This document shows positions 45,770 to 55,335 of a stretch of DNA of 64,000 nucleotides, piece after piece. Numbering within the stretch: position 1 is the stretch's first letter; the number at the start of each line of letters is the position of its first letter. Below the pieces are notes generated by a model, which did no database searches, was not told where the DNA came from, and saw only the letters and a program-made list of their open reading frames with translations. This DNA comes from a virus. Its lineage: Duplodnaviria > Heunggongvirae > Uroviricota > Caudoviricetes. A program made the position numbers and the translations under genes. The stretch is taken from the IMG/VR virus record IMGVR_UViG_3300045972_000219; one strand, given 5' to 3'.

Positions 45770-45808
45770 TAAAAAAGAAAGAGAGATGAGTCTCTCTTTC
45801 TTTTTTAT
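45770..45808. terminator. bidirectional intrinsic terminator
   Basis: AAGAAAGAGAGA-TGAG-TCTCTCTTTCTT is a 12-bp perfect stem flanked by an A-run and a T-run. It lies between convergent genes 45395..45763 (+) and 45808..46188 (-). Confidence 0.75.
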
Positions 45809-46188
45809 TATGACTTTTCAGCCCACTTACGAACAAATGCGGCATCTTCATTATCTAATTCAACTAATCCTGATTCAGTTACAAAGCATGCATCTAGTAA
45901 TTTATTAGCATGATTTTCAACTACCCACCCATGACACCTCCAACTATCAAGAAAATCAGATGTACGCACTACGAATTCTTTAGCAGAGTATCTACTATTT
46001 AATGAGTCTTTAAAGTCTTTTTTAAATTTACCAAAGAGAAAGATACAAAGAAATTTCATTCTCATTCTTCGTCTCATTATTTTATCTACTTCTTTATCAA
46101 GGAGTTCTTTACGAGATGTCTTAATTTGTTCAATAGCATTCTTTGCTGCTTGAACAACTAATTCTTTCTTTACTTTAAATACACTCAT
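45808..46188 (-). CDS. hypothetical protein (126 aa)
   Basis: ORF track. Confidence 0.5.
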   Translation of the reverse strand: MSVFKVKKELVVQAAKNAIEQIKTSRKELLDKEVDKIMRRRMRMKFLCIFLFGKFKKDFKDSLNSRYSAKEFVVRTSDFLDSWRCHGWVVENHANKLLDACFVTESGLVELDNEDAAFVRKWAEKS

Positions 46189-46452
46189 TTATATTCCTTT
46201 TTCTTCTTGAAGTTTTACAAAGTGATGTTCAATTTTATCTGATAAAGAGTATATATCAGATTTACCCGAATCTAATACATCCGCTATATGTTCAACAACT
46301 TTATCTATTTCAATACTATTTAATGGTTCACTTAATGTAAGCTCTACTTCAAATTTAATCTTTGTTGCACGATCACCAATTACTTCTACTGGATTTCTAA
46401 ACCCTTTCTCATTCAGTTTATAATCGTCATTTAAATCAGGATGTCTAGACAT
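46189..46452 (-). CDS. hypothetical protein (87 aa)
   Basis: ORF track. Confidence 0.45.
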   Translation of the reverse strand: MSRHPDLNDDYKLNEKGFRNPVEVIGDRATKIKFEVELTLSEPLNSIEIDKVVEHIADVLDSGKSDIYSLSDKIEHHFVKLQEEKGI

Positions 46453-46474
46453 AATTATTTTCCTTTCTTATCTC

Positions 46475-46753
46475 TTAGTATTTTCTACCAAGTACGTCTT
46501 CATCACAATAAGGGCAATTGTCATGATAATTATATACGTAACAACTACAATTATCACATCTAACCATTCCCTCAACTGCTTTTTTATGTAATACTTCCAA
46601 TCTATTTTTATCTTTCATATCTCCATATAATATACCGCAACGAGAACACTTAGCTGAAGGAGGTGGAGGAGCATTACGAATAATGACTCCTGCCTCCCTT
46701 AGCATCCAAGTCCAGTTATGCCAACCTAAAGCACATCTGATAGATCGTTTCAT
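46475..46753 (-). CDS. zinc-ribbon protein (92 aa)
   Basis: CSRCG ... CDNCSC ... CPYCD. Confidence 0.45.
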   Translation of the reverse strand: MKRSIRCALGWHNWTWMLREAGVIIRNAPPPPSAKCSRCGILYGDMKDKNRLEVLHKKAVEGMVRCDNCSCYVYNYHDNCPYCDEDVLGRKY

Positions 46754-46884
46754 TAGAATTTACCTTCCCACCAATTTGAGTTATTGATGAAATCTAACAA
46801 GATTGTATTTGGAGAGTTGTTAGGTGTAAAACAGTTGTATGTATCGCATGCACAACAGTAATATCTTGAGACAATATATTCCAT

Positions 46885-47148
46885 TTAGTTATCCTTTTCA
46901 ACAATACTCTTAAGATAAGATTCAGGTGGATTTTCAGTACCTATACATGCATTACAATCAACAGTTAATACTCCATCCTCATTATAATTAGTATCGTGTT
47001 TTGCATGAAACATTCCATACCCTTGTTCATCTAGAACAAGTTCATCTGTTTCTTCAGTCATACAAAATATATCACCTTCTTTAATATCTATCAAACCTCT
47101 TTGAAGATATTCAAATCCATCTTCTGTTTGTCTAAATGTTTTTCTCAT
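46885..47148 (-). CDS. hypothetical protein (87 aa)
   Basis: ORF track. Confidence 0.45.
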   Translation of the reverse strand: MRKTFRQTEDGFEYLQRGLIDIKEGDIFCMTEETDELVLDEQGYGMFHAKHDTNYNEDGVLTVDCNACIGTENPPESYLKSIVEKDN

Positions 47149-47503
47149 TGTAGTGACCCTCTTCTTGATATATCTCCGATTTAGTTAAATCCAATGATCC
47201 CATCTTAACTGCATACTTCATATGTTTTTTTATCTTAGCTTTCTTAGCATCAATTCTCCATCTACCTTTTAAGTCTGAATCAAAATTAATTAGGTGAGTT
47301 GGAATTTGAAGTGAAATACCACTATCCTGAAGTAATTCAATAGCTCCTAATAAATCATATATCTCATTAGTGAGCATTTCTAAATTACCTGTACCATCAG
47401 GATAATTACCTGATAAAGAGAAGCGAGTGATTTTCATAGCAGCTTGAGTTATTTCACTCGCTTCTTCAGCTATACATTGAAAGATATGTTCAACTGCATT
47501 CAT
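47132..47503 (-). CDS. hypothetical protein (123 aa)
   Basis: ORF track. Confidence 0.5.
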   Translation of the reverse strand: MNAVEHIFQCIAEEASEITQAAMKITRFSLSGNYPDGTGNLEMLTNEIYDLLGAIELLQDSGISLQIPTHLINFDSDLKGRWRIDAKKAKIKKHMKYAVKMGSLDLTKSEIYQEEGHYNEKNI

Positions 47504-47775
47504 ATTATTTTCCTCATTTTAACAGTGAATTCAACATTAGTCATTTTTTCCATATAATGTAAATCTACTAATGGAAAGATATCAAATGTCTCTGATTCTG
47601 GATAAACAAAGTTTTTATCTTCAGACTTCATAACCTTTTTACCAGTTATATCAATCAACGTATGTGCATTATCCACTAAACGCATAGGAAGTGTATGATG
47701 ACCGATTACTGATATAGGTCTGACAAATTTAAAATACATGTCATTCTTTAGTCTTACAAAATAATGATTGACCAT
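47500..47775 (-). CDS. hypothetical protein (91 aa)
   Basis: ORF track. Confidence 0.45.
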   Translation of the reverse strand: MVNHYFVRLKNDMYFKFVRPISVIGHHTLPMRLVDNAHTLIDITGKKVMKSEDKNFVYPESETFDIFPLVDLHYMEKMTNVEFTVKMRKII

Positions 47776-48371
47776 TAGAGTTTATAGCTCTCCTTTTCTT
47801 CTTTTCGTCTTACTCGTATAACAACGGGAACATCTAAACCAATATCTTCTAATACTTTATGAAGTTCCCAGACGTAACAATTGAAGTTACCATCTCTACG
47901 TATTTCTCCTTCTACTTCCACTTCTTCTTTTCGTTGTACTCGTAGTTCTTGTCTATAAGCATCTCTACATTGACATTGCATTTCATAGTCAGCATTTAAG
48001 TCGCTTAATTGTTGTTTAACATTATAATAATCATTGGATGCAATTTGAAATTTAGTTACCATTGAGGCTAGTTGTTCTTTAGCCTCAACAAGCTCTCTAT
48101 TTAAACACAGTATAAGTGTTTCTCTAGCTGATATAATCTCTTCTGCTCTAGCGTGATTATCTTGTTTTTGAAGTTCAAGATCGACAAGGCGTTGTAATAA
48201 AACTTCACAACACTTATCTTTAGTTTCACTCTGTTTAACTAAAGAATTTTTAGCTTCAGCAAGTTCATTAGTGAGACGACTGATAGTACAAAATGGACAT
48301 ATACCCATAAACTCATACCGTGCAACAGTATCAATGTTTTTATGTTCTTCACACACCGTTATCTTCGTCAT
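47775..48371 (-). CDS. coiled-coil protein with N-terminal Cys cluster (198 aa)
   Basis: CEEHK ... CPFC; long heptad-like region. Confidence 0.5.
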   Translation of the reverse strand: MTKITVCEEHKNIDTVARYEFMGICPFCTISRLTNELAEAKNSLVKQSETKDKCCEVLLQRLVDLELQKQDNHARAEEIISARETLILCLNRELVEAKEQLASMVTKFQIASNDYYNVKQQLSDLNADYEMQCQCRDAYRQELRVQRKEEVEVEGEIRRDGNFNCYVWELHKVLEDIGLDVPVVIRVRRKEEKESYKL

Positions 48372-48694
48372 ATTAATCCTCTCTTTCTAAATTTATCAAA
48401 GTACTGTTCAGTCAACATTTTACAGTATCTCCATGCCATCTTATGACGAACTCTACGTCTTTTAATATGTCTATCAAAGACAAATATCTTATCTTCAAAA
48501 GACACGATACTAATATTTTTAGTTCGATAAAGTTTAGGAGCATAAGCTAATGCTTGAGCATGGTTGTGAGCTAATAGTTGAGCTTTGAGTACTCCTCTCC
48601 CCTCAACTTTAGCATCACTACCACCAAATAATCTACCCATAACACCATGAGCCAAGTCAACTACATCTAGTTTAGAGCTTATACATTCAGCCAT
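48368..48694 (-). CDS. hypothetical protein (108 aa)
   Basis: ORF track. Confidence 0.45.
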   Translation of the reverse strand: MAECISSKLDVVDLAHGVMGRLFGGSDAKVEGRGVLKAQLLAHNHAQALAYAPKLYRTKNISIVSFEDKIFVFDRHIKRRRVRHKMAWRYCKMLTEQYFDKFRKRGLI

Positions 48695-48821
48695 TATTTA
48701 TCCCCTCAATAGTGACCAGTATACATGATATAATCGCTGATAATATAAGCATACTTCCAATAATAATGAATATTGCCCATAGTAAATCAGCTACATTTGT
48801 ACATTCAGTCATTATCAACTC

Positions 48822-49103
48822 CTATATTTTCGATGGATTAAAAGGCTTATCTACAAAAACATGAGCATCCTTTTTAAAATACCTATGACGCTCATTTTCC
48901 TGTTTCTTCCCCAATTCAATACCAGCAAGGAAAAACCACATGCGTTCTGCATCACGGTCAGCAAACTGCCACTCATCGTGAGATTCCCACTTAGATTTAG
49001 CATCCTCAAACTCTTCTTCTACTCTTTTATCTTTTTTATCTTCTGTAATGAGGCTGGATTTTAGTTCTTCCATTGAAGGCACTACACGTTTAAATAACTC
49101 CAT
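48822..49103 (-). CDS. hypothetical protein (93 aa)
   Basis: ORF track. Confidence 0.45.
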   Translation of the reverse strand: MELFKRVVPSMEELKSSLITEDKKDKRVEEEFEDAKSKWESHDEWQFADRDAERMWFFLAGIELGKKQENERHRYFKKDAHVFVDKPFNPSKI

Positions 49104-49142
49104 AATTCCTCCTTTTTAGCTATCTTATTATACTTATTTCCA

Positions 49143-49454
49143 TTATGGGAAGAATTTACGAAAATCCGATTTATCCTTTGGAGGTATGTTAATATTATTT
49201 GAGTAACATATGATATCTAATCCCTGCTCTATAGCAAATGCCTTCATATTTTCAAAGGCATCTTTCCATCTATTTGTCTGTTCTATTTGTTTTTCATAGT
49301 CAATTAAAATATCAAACGCAAGTTGACGTTGAACTTTAAATCTCTCTTTCCATTTTGCTATTTCTTCTTTTAATTCATCACATTCATTCATTATTATCTC
49401 CTTGTTCCTTTGGTTTAATGTTGATACCATGAATTCTATAGTATTTAGGATCAA
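49143..49454 (-). CDS. hypothetical protein (103 aa)
   Basis: ORF track. Confidence 0.45.
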   Translation of the reverse strand: MILNTIEFMVSTLNQRNKEIIMNECDELKEEIAKWKERFKVQRQLAFDILIDYEKQIEQTNRWKDAFENMKAFAIEQGLDIICYSNNINIPPKDKSDFRKFFP

Positions 49455-49830
49455 CTATTCCACCATCTGTAATCCTACCAGAGCTAATCATTTCAACTTC
49501 TAAATTAGATTTATTACCAGCAATAATATCTTTCACACCAGTATTATATAGTGTAATATCAAATTCAAGCTTATTATCTTCATCTATTCTAGCACCTGTA
49601 ACTGATCCAATCACTTTAGATAAATCAGTTATACCTATGTCAGACATATTAGGTTCAGTCATCCTACCATTCTGATCAAATGTTACAGCCATTCCAAAGG
49701 AAGCATGTACAGCTTTTTCTAATGCGATCTTAGGGTAGATTCTATTATTAGCTGTAGGAACATCAGCTTGAATTGAATTGACTTTAAGAGTAATTGTATT
49801 AGAATCTTCAACTAATTCTTCTTTGACCAT
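49384..49830 (-). CDS. hypothetical protein (148 aa)
   Basis: ORF track. Confidence 0.5.
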   Translation of the reverse strand: MVKEELVEDSNTITLKVNSIQADVPTANNRIYPKIALEKAVHASFGMAVTFDQNGRMTEPNMSDIGITDLSKVIGSVTGARIDEDNKLEFDITLYNTGVKDIIAGNKSNLEVEMISSGRITDGGIVDPKYYRIHGINIKPKEQGDNNE

Positions 49831-49842
49831 TGTTATCTCCTT

Positions 49843-50187
49843 TTATTCTATAGGCTCTATTTTTAAACTAAGTGATTTTCTTTTCATTAGCTCTTTTTTA
49901 ACAGTTAAATGAAAAGCATTTTTTATTACATTATATATTTCATTATTTGTATTGATATCAATGTTTAAATAATATATTTTTTCACTTGTAAGAATATCAT
50001 AAATAAATTTTAAAATACCTACATTTTCAGGTGTATCTTCAAAATATACTTTATCATACTCATTATCAGTAAAACTACATTGAAACATCCAATAATCAAA
50101 ATCCTGTTCATTTACAGCATAAAGACGTTTATCATCACCCTGACCAAATATCATAAAACCAGAATTACTTATAGCTGCTATTAACAT
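49843..50187 (-). CDS. hypothetical protein (114 aa)
   Basis: ORF track. Confidence 0.45.
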   Translation of the reverse strand: MLIAAISNSGFMIFGQGDDKRLYAVNEQDFDYWMFQCSFTDNEYDKVYFEDTPENVGILKFIYDILTSEKIYYLNIDINTNNEIYNVIKNAFHLTVKKELMKRKSLSLKIEPIE

Positions 50188-50197
50188 TATAATCTCC

Positions 50198-50599
50198 TTA
50201 GTGTGGAATACTTACTGATTCAGCATAATTATCATCTTCAAAAAACATATTTGTAAGTTTAATTCCTTTTTGATCATAAGTAATTATTACTGAAGTTGGA
50301 TATTCTTCGTATAATACTGATACAACTAAAGGTACAATAGCATACTTAACCATCACTACATTACCTTTACCTGTATCAGGTTTCTTATCAACAATCAGAT
50401 ATACTTTGTTATCTTTAGGATGAGTAAAGATTTCAAAGACATTATGCGATCTAGCTGCTTTTATTTTATTTTCATGTACTATCTTATCAAATTTATAGGA
50501 TTGTATGCCACCAAGTATAGATAATCCTATAACAGTTATAAGTAATATACATGCAATAAGTAATACTGCAATGGGAAAATAATGTCTTCTTAGTATCAT
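50198..50599 (-). CDS. membrane-anchored protein (133 aa)
   Basis: N-terminal TM helix. Confidence 0.5.
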   Translation of the reverse strand: MILRRHYFPIAVLLIACILLITVIGLSILGGIQSYKFDKIVHENKIKAARSHNVFEIFTHPKDNKVYLIVDKKPDTGKGNVVMVKYAIVPLVVSVLYEEYPTSVIITYDQKGIKLTNMFFEDDNYAESVSIPH

Positions 50600-50832
50600 T
50601 ATAGTCTCCCTACTTTAATGAAAAATAAATCACCTTTCATTGCACCAACGAATCCTGCAAGACGCATTACATCTTTAGTATCAGCAGCTCCATAACCAAA
50701 TTTTGCACCAACTATACAATCAGCAGCAACTCCACCTTCATCATATATAGCTTTTCCTTCTTCTATTAGTTGTTTATGAAGATCAGCTAATTCCTGATTA
50801 ACAAATCCTTCAACTTCAATAGGTTGTGTCAT
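50599..50832 (-). CDS. hypothetical protein (77 aa)
   Basis: ORF track. Confidence 0.45.
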   Translation of the reverse strand: MTQPIEVEGFVNQELADLHKQLIEEGKAIYDEGGVAADCIVGAKFGYGAADTKDVMRLAGFVGAMKGDLFFIKVGRL

Positions 50833-50847
50833 TAATATCTCCTTATT

Positions 50848-51396
50848 TTAAATAAATCGATTGATGTTGCCATCAAGAATATTATCAGCAGAAATACGAG
50901 CTAGTTCTTCAGCATTAAGTTTATGACTCATTGCGTCAAGAAATCCTGCAAGACGGTATAAATCTGCACCGTTACACTGATGCCACTGTGCTCCACTCTT
51001 GAGCAGAGTCATAGCGGATTCTCCATTATAGTAGGCTTGAACCCCTTGCTCATAACACTTTTCAGGATACTCGTTTCTCTCCTTCTCGTAAGCCTCTTTC
51101 TTAACTTTAAGTTCTTCATCAGTAGGATTAATTCGGTTAAGATCTTCCACAATCTTTCCTTCAAGATATGAAAAATTAAACCAGTGACGACATTCAGGGT
51201 TGGAACATAGAATATTTATATGTGAGCCACCAGATGGTCCATCATAGAACTCTGTACCCTGACAATGAGGACATACAATCTTTTCTTCTTCAGCTTCTTT
51301 ACATATATACACTGGTTTTTCTCCTTTAAGCTTACGAATAAGATATAATAATTCTTTGAATTTACTAAACATAATTATACTCCCTCCGTAATACAT
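50848..51396 (-). CDS. zinc-ribbon protein (182 aa)
   Basis: CPHCQG ... CSNPEC. Confidence 0.5.
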   Translation of the reverse strand: MYYGGSIIMFSKFKELLYLIRKLKGEKPVYICKEAEEEKIVCPHCQGTEFYDGPSGGSHINILCSNPECRHWFNFSYLEGKIVEDLNRINPTDEELKVKKEAYEKERNEYPEKCYEQGVQAYYNGESAMTLLKSGAQWHQCNGADLYRLAGFLDAMSHKLNAEELARISADNILDGNINRFI

Positions 51397-51569
51397 TCAG
51401 CGTTAATAATGATTCCTTTTACCCCTGTATAATTGATAAATACATTATCTGGGTGTTTAGCCTTCTGTATAAACATACTACCTAATGCTTCAAGTTCTTC
51501 AGCCGTTCCTATAAAAGTGTATTCTTCAATCATCATCACTAAAGATGATTTATTTTGTATTATTTTCAT
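51375..51569 (-). CDS. hypothetical protein (64 aa)
   Basis: ORF track. Confidence 0.4.
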   Translation of the reverse strand: MKIIQNKSSLVMMIEEYTFIGTAEELEALGSMFIQKAKHPDNVFINYTGVKGIIINAECITEGV

Positions 51570-51657
51570 TTCATCCTCTCAATCAATTGGATTATGGTTA
51601 CTGCTATAATCACTAATATAACCATAATCCAATGTCTGTCGTATTTTATATGTTTCA

Positions 51658-52176
51658 TCATTCTAACCTTTGAGTTATATTTTTTATTCCTACGCTTTGC
51701 GATCTGTCATTCAAACCATCTAGTTCTAGAGTATATTCAATTTTCATTGAAGAGAGTACTGCTAGCTGATTATTAAGAAGATCAAGTATAGCTTTCATCT
51801 CAGTTACAAGTTGCTGAGGTGATTTATCAAGTATTGCTTTAGTATCAACAAGAGGTGTATCTCTTTCACTTACAATACTTCCATTACAAAGTGCCATGTT
51901 ATTCTCCTTTAGTCTCATTGGATTTCCTTTAAAATAAGTATTAGTATATTCTTTACATCCTATAAGTCGCTGATTGTCGTGAGGACATTTTAAATCAGCA
52001 TACTGATGTTTCCCTTTACGATATCCGCATATTTCGCATATAATATTGCTATCGCATGTATCACACACTACTATTGTACTTTTATTATATATCTCTTCAG
52101 GAGTAAATGGTATTTCACCAGAAGCATTGACTTTTTCAGTTTCACATATAGGGCATATACTTATTAAACTCCTCAT
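51658..52176 (-). CDS. multi-zinc-finger protein (172 aa)
   Basis: CPICE, CDTCD..CEICG, CPHD..C motifs. Confidence 0.5.
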   Translation of the reverse strand: MRSLISICPICETEKVNASGEIPFTPEEIYNKSTIVVCDTCDSNIICEICGYRKGKHQYADLKCPHDNQRLIGCKEYTNTYFKGNPMRLKENNMALCNGSIVSERDTPLVDTKAILDKSPQQLVTEMKAILDLLNNQLAVLSSMKIEYTLELDGLNDRSQSVGIKNITQRLE

Positions 52177-52397
52177 TAATGCATTCCTCCACCTGATGAT
52201 GCAGGTAATTCATGACCATTCATATTATTACCCGCTATGTAATCTACATCTTGATTTCTCTCATAATTCTGAAAGATACCACACGCAGTACATGAGAATT
52301 GTTTAGGAATGTCTATAGCTCTAGTGAAACGACCATTATGAGTATGACAACATTTACAAACTACATCAAATACTAAGTCTGTTTTACATGCGCTCAT
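52176..52397 (-). CDS. Cys-rich protein (73 aa)
   Basis: CKCCHTHNG ... CTAC. Confidence 0.45.
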   Translation of the reverse strand: MSACKTDLVFDVVCKCCHTHNGRFTRAIDIPKQFSCTACGIFQNYERNQDVDYIAGNNMNGHELPASSGGGMH

Positions 52398-52433
52398 ATT
52401 ATTCTCCTTTTAAATAAATGTATATGGATACAT

Positions 52434-52631
52434 TTATCCTCCGATATAAGGTCTATCAACTATTGAGAAAGTTATATTAGGAGAGCCATCTTCGACTCTC
52501 CCCTCCATAATTTGTCGTTCTTCATTTTTTAAGTGACAATTTTTAACATGTTGAATTACTTCATCTGAACTCTCATGTTTAAATTCACAATGGCCACATT
52601 TACATATTCCACTTGCAGGATTGTAACTCAT
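52434..52631 (-). CDS. zinc-finger protein (65 aa)
   Basis: CKCGHCEF ... H..C. Confidence 0.45.
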   Translation of the reverse strand: MSYNPASGICKCGHCEFKHESSDEVIQHVKNCHLKNEERQIMEGRVEDGSPNITFSIVDRPYIGG

Positions 52632-52633
52632 AT

Positions 52634-53020
52634 TTAATCCTCATAATATTCATTTAAACCACATGAAACACATCTACGACCTATTACATCATCGTCATCA
52701 GTGATAGCTGGTTCGATTTCTTGGAAGATATTTATCCAGTTATGGTCACATTTCTTAAGTTCATCATCTTCTTCTCCAAAATAAGCAGTAATTTCTGATT
52801 TTGCAAAATCTAATTTATCCTTAATTGTAGTCAAACGTCCTTGCATCTTATGATATGCAGTTAGTACTTCATAATGACTCATCATCTGACCATTTTTGTA
52901 ATAGAAGTTACCTGCTCCATCTAATAAAACAGTAGGGTTACAATCATATGCAAGTAGATGCGATTCATTAACCAGTTCATGAGCTTTATCAGTTATCGAT
53001 TTCATTATTAGTCTCCTCAT
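52634..53020 (-). CDS. hypothetical protein (128 aa)
   Basis: ORF track. Confidence 0.5.
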   Translation of the reverse strand: MRRLIMKSITDKAHELVNESHLLAYDCNPTVLLDGAGNFYYKNGQMMSHYEVLTAYHKMQGRLTTIKDKLDFAKSEITAYFGEEDDELKKCDHNWINIFQEIEPAITDDDDVIGRRCVSCGLNEYYED

Positions 53021-53684
53021 TTCTTAATATGTTGATTAAATTTTTTCTTCTTAGATAATCTATTGCTTTATCTTTGAAAGGATGTAATGGTGCAATTTTA
53101 CAAAATCTCTTAACTATCATAGCTAAGTCTTGAACTTGTATTTCAAGCTTTTTATTTCTTTCTCTAGTTATTTTACAGAATTTACAATCAATAGCTTTCA
53201 TATCTAGTACTACTCCGTATTCATCTGATGAGAGTAAACATGTCTCATATGGGTAATATATTCCTACTGATACATGATCTTTATAAATAACTATATTATA
53301 AAGAGATACATTCATTCTAGCTTTAAAATTAATAATAATTGCAAATTCATTTACATTTGATAATTCTACTGATGGTTCATCTGAAAGAATTCTAATGTCT
53401 TCAAAATACTTTAGAATAGAATATACTCTAGCATTAGAGTCATTCCAGTTTGATTGAGAATCTAAATCTTCAGATGCTAATATAATTGACTGTAAACGAG
53501 TTGCAATCATAGTAAGAATCAACTTGATTTCAATTTCTTCAGATAATGCTATGAGCAAATTAAACAGAGGATCAAGTACAGTAAGATCATCCATCCTATC
53601 TAATTCAGCATTTCTAATCTTAAGTGATTCTTTAATCCATTTAAACATTATTCCTCTAGGTGTCATTTTATATCTCCAGTACAA
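52989..53684 (-). CDS. hypothetical protein (231 aa)
   Basis: ORF track. Confidence 0.5.
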   Translation of the reverse strand: MYWRYKMTPRGIMFKWIKESLKIRNAELDRMDDLTVLDPLFNLLIALSEEIEIKLILTMIATRLQSIILASEDLDSQSNWNDSNARVYSILKYFEDIRILSDEPSVELSNVNEFAIIINFKARMNVSLYNIVIYKDHVSVGIYYPYETCLLSSDEYGVVLDMKAIDCKFCKITRERNKKLEIQVQDLAMIVKRFCKIAPLHPFKDKAIDYLRRKNLINILRNEETNNEIDN

Positions 53685-53738
53685 TTAGTAGATTTACAGT
53701 TAGGGCATATAGGACCAATGCCAGGTTTATAATTGTAA

Positions 53739-53939
53739 TTATCCCCCTCTACCTATAGCTTCAAATACTTTGTCAGGAGTGCATATACAGCTAAAAGTCA
53801 TTTCTTCAACAATACAGTCAGAATCAATAACTGTTATTTCCCCTTCTAAAATTTTAGCACAACTGGAACATACAAAAGTTTCAGTACAATCAATGCATGG
53901 ATCTTCGTTTACATTATAGTTCATCATTTTTCCCCACAT
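53739..53939 (-). CDS. Cys-rich protein (66 aa)
   Basis: CIDC ... CSSC ... C.C. Confidence 0.4.
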   Translation of the reverse strand: MWGKMMNYNVNEDPCIDCTETFVCSSCAKILEGEITVIDSDCIVEEMTFSCICTPDKVFEAIGRGG

Positions 53940-54132
53940 TAGTTGTCCTCTTATGGACTTTTAATTTACTTCTAAAAGCAATCATATCAGAGTCTATTAG
54001 TTCAAAACTAACAAACCCACATGAACCATACATCATTGTATACTGACCATGAATAGTGAGAGCTGGACTGTCAGCCCAGGTCCAATCACCTTTATCATTA
54101 AATGTAAAGTGACCAATCATAAGTCTTTCCAT
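53914..54132 (-). CDS. hypothetical protein (72 aa)
   Basis: ORF track. Confidence 0.4.
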   Translation of the reverse strand: MERLMIGHFTFNDKGDWTWADSPALTIHGQYTMMYGSCGFVSFELIDSDMIAFRSKLKVHKRTTNVGKNDEL

Positions 54133-54423
54133 CTTGTTTTAGCAACAGCAGGACTAATTGGTTTATCTTCATCATGGTATTTATCTCCGAATACACAGAT
54201 GAAGCATGGTCTTTGCCAATAGTCAGTATTATGATCTACACATGTTTCACACTTAGGATCTTTATTCGCCATTAGTTATCTTCCTTCTCGACTTTTAATT
54301 TAGCTCCACATATGGTACACCATACATGATCGACATCATTTTGAGTAGCTAATATATTTATATCACCATCCACACCACATTCACATTTTTCATATACAAT
54401 AGTTAAAATATTTTGCGTAGCCA

Positions 54424-54675
54424 TTAGATACCTACCTTTTTTTGTTTAAGCCTCCACCAATGTGGCTGAGTGCTTTTATTAAGGAATGTTAGATCTTTTA
54501 CACCTTTAATATCAAAATTAAAAGTGGAACTACAAGTAGTAAAGACATTTACCATTTCTTTTATGATTTCTTTCTTGACTTCAGTTTTATTTCCCTTATA
54601 GATATGAACTTTAAGGATACATGATATTTCCACGTCTTCATAATCTTTCTTTTTAGACATATGACTTATCTCCAT
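54424..54675 (-). CDS. hypothetical protein (83 aa)
   Basis: ORF track. Confidence 0.45.
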   Translation of the reverse strand: MEISHMSKKKDYEDVEISCILKVHIYKGNKTEVKKEIIKEMVNVFTTCSSTFNFDIKGVKDLTFLNKSTQPHWWRLKQKKVGI

Positions 54676-54878
54676 TATCGTTGAGTTTTTAATTCAAATT
54701 TTTCAAGAGTATAAATTATTTCACCAGAGATTGGAAGAATGTGTCTACCTTCAACCATACATCCTCTAATACCTTCTAATAGATGAGTGTCAACAATATT
54801 CCATCCATCATCTAGAAGTTTATTAAAATTAGTTAAACTACTCTCATCGTTCTGTAGTATTTTAGCAATTCGGATCAT
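54675..54878 (-). CDS. hypothetical protein (67 aa)
   Basis: ORF track. Confidence 0.45.
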   Translation of the reverse strand: MIRIAKILQNDESSLTNFNKLLDDGWNIVDTHLLEGIRGCMVEGRHILPISGEIIYTLEKFELKTQR

Positions 54879-54960
54879 ACATTTCTCTTTAGTAAAAAAT
54901 TAAGCCTCTCCCAATAATAGGAAGAGGCTTTAAGTTATCTAATAAATAATATGCATTTTC

Positions 54961-55335
54961 ATTTTTCAGCTTGCAAAACTATCTCAGGGATTGCAGATTC
55001 TAATGCTTTCCTACTTTCATGGAAGCCATCGAGAGTTTTGATTAGTGCTCGACCTCCCATGTAATGCCAGTCCATACGTAAACCTTTCTGGCATGCCACA
55101 CTGACAATTGCTTCTAAAATATAAGGGATTCCAACAGCTGTTGCTATTACTTCCCCATTCTTATATACATCCCAATTACAACATGAAATATCCTCTTCTA
55201 GAGTCTTAACCTTAGGGTAACAGACAGGATTTTGTCTTAGACTAATTATATCAGTCTTAAGACGTTGATCTAGATAACATCGAGCTAAGTTACTTGCATC
55301 TTGGTTTCTTAAAGCTAGCTCATAAGCTTCTTCAT
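54961..55335 (-). other. frameshifted extra copy of the C-terminal repeat domain of the 708-aa protein (about 125 codons, open but without start codon)
   Basis: Immediately 3' of the stop of 55315..57441, in the -1 frame. Nucleotide repeat of 55531-55590 at 55311-55375 with a 1-nt deletion. Conceptual translation INHEEAYELALRNQDASNLARCYLDQ... is paralogous to the in-frame INHEEAYQLALVKQEESNLSRCYLDM... Confidence 0.5.
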
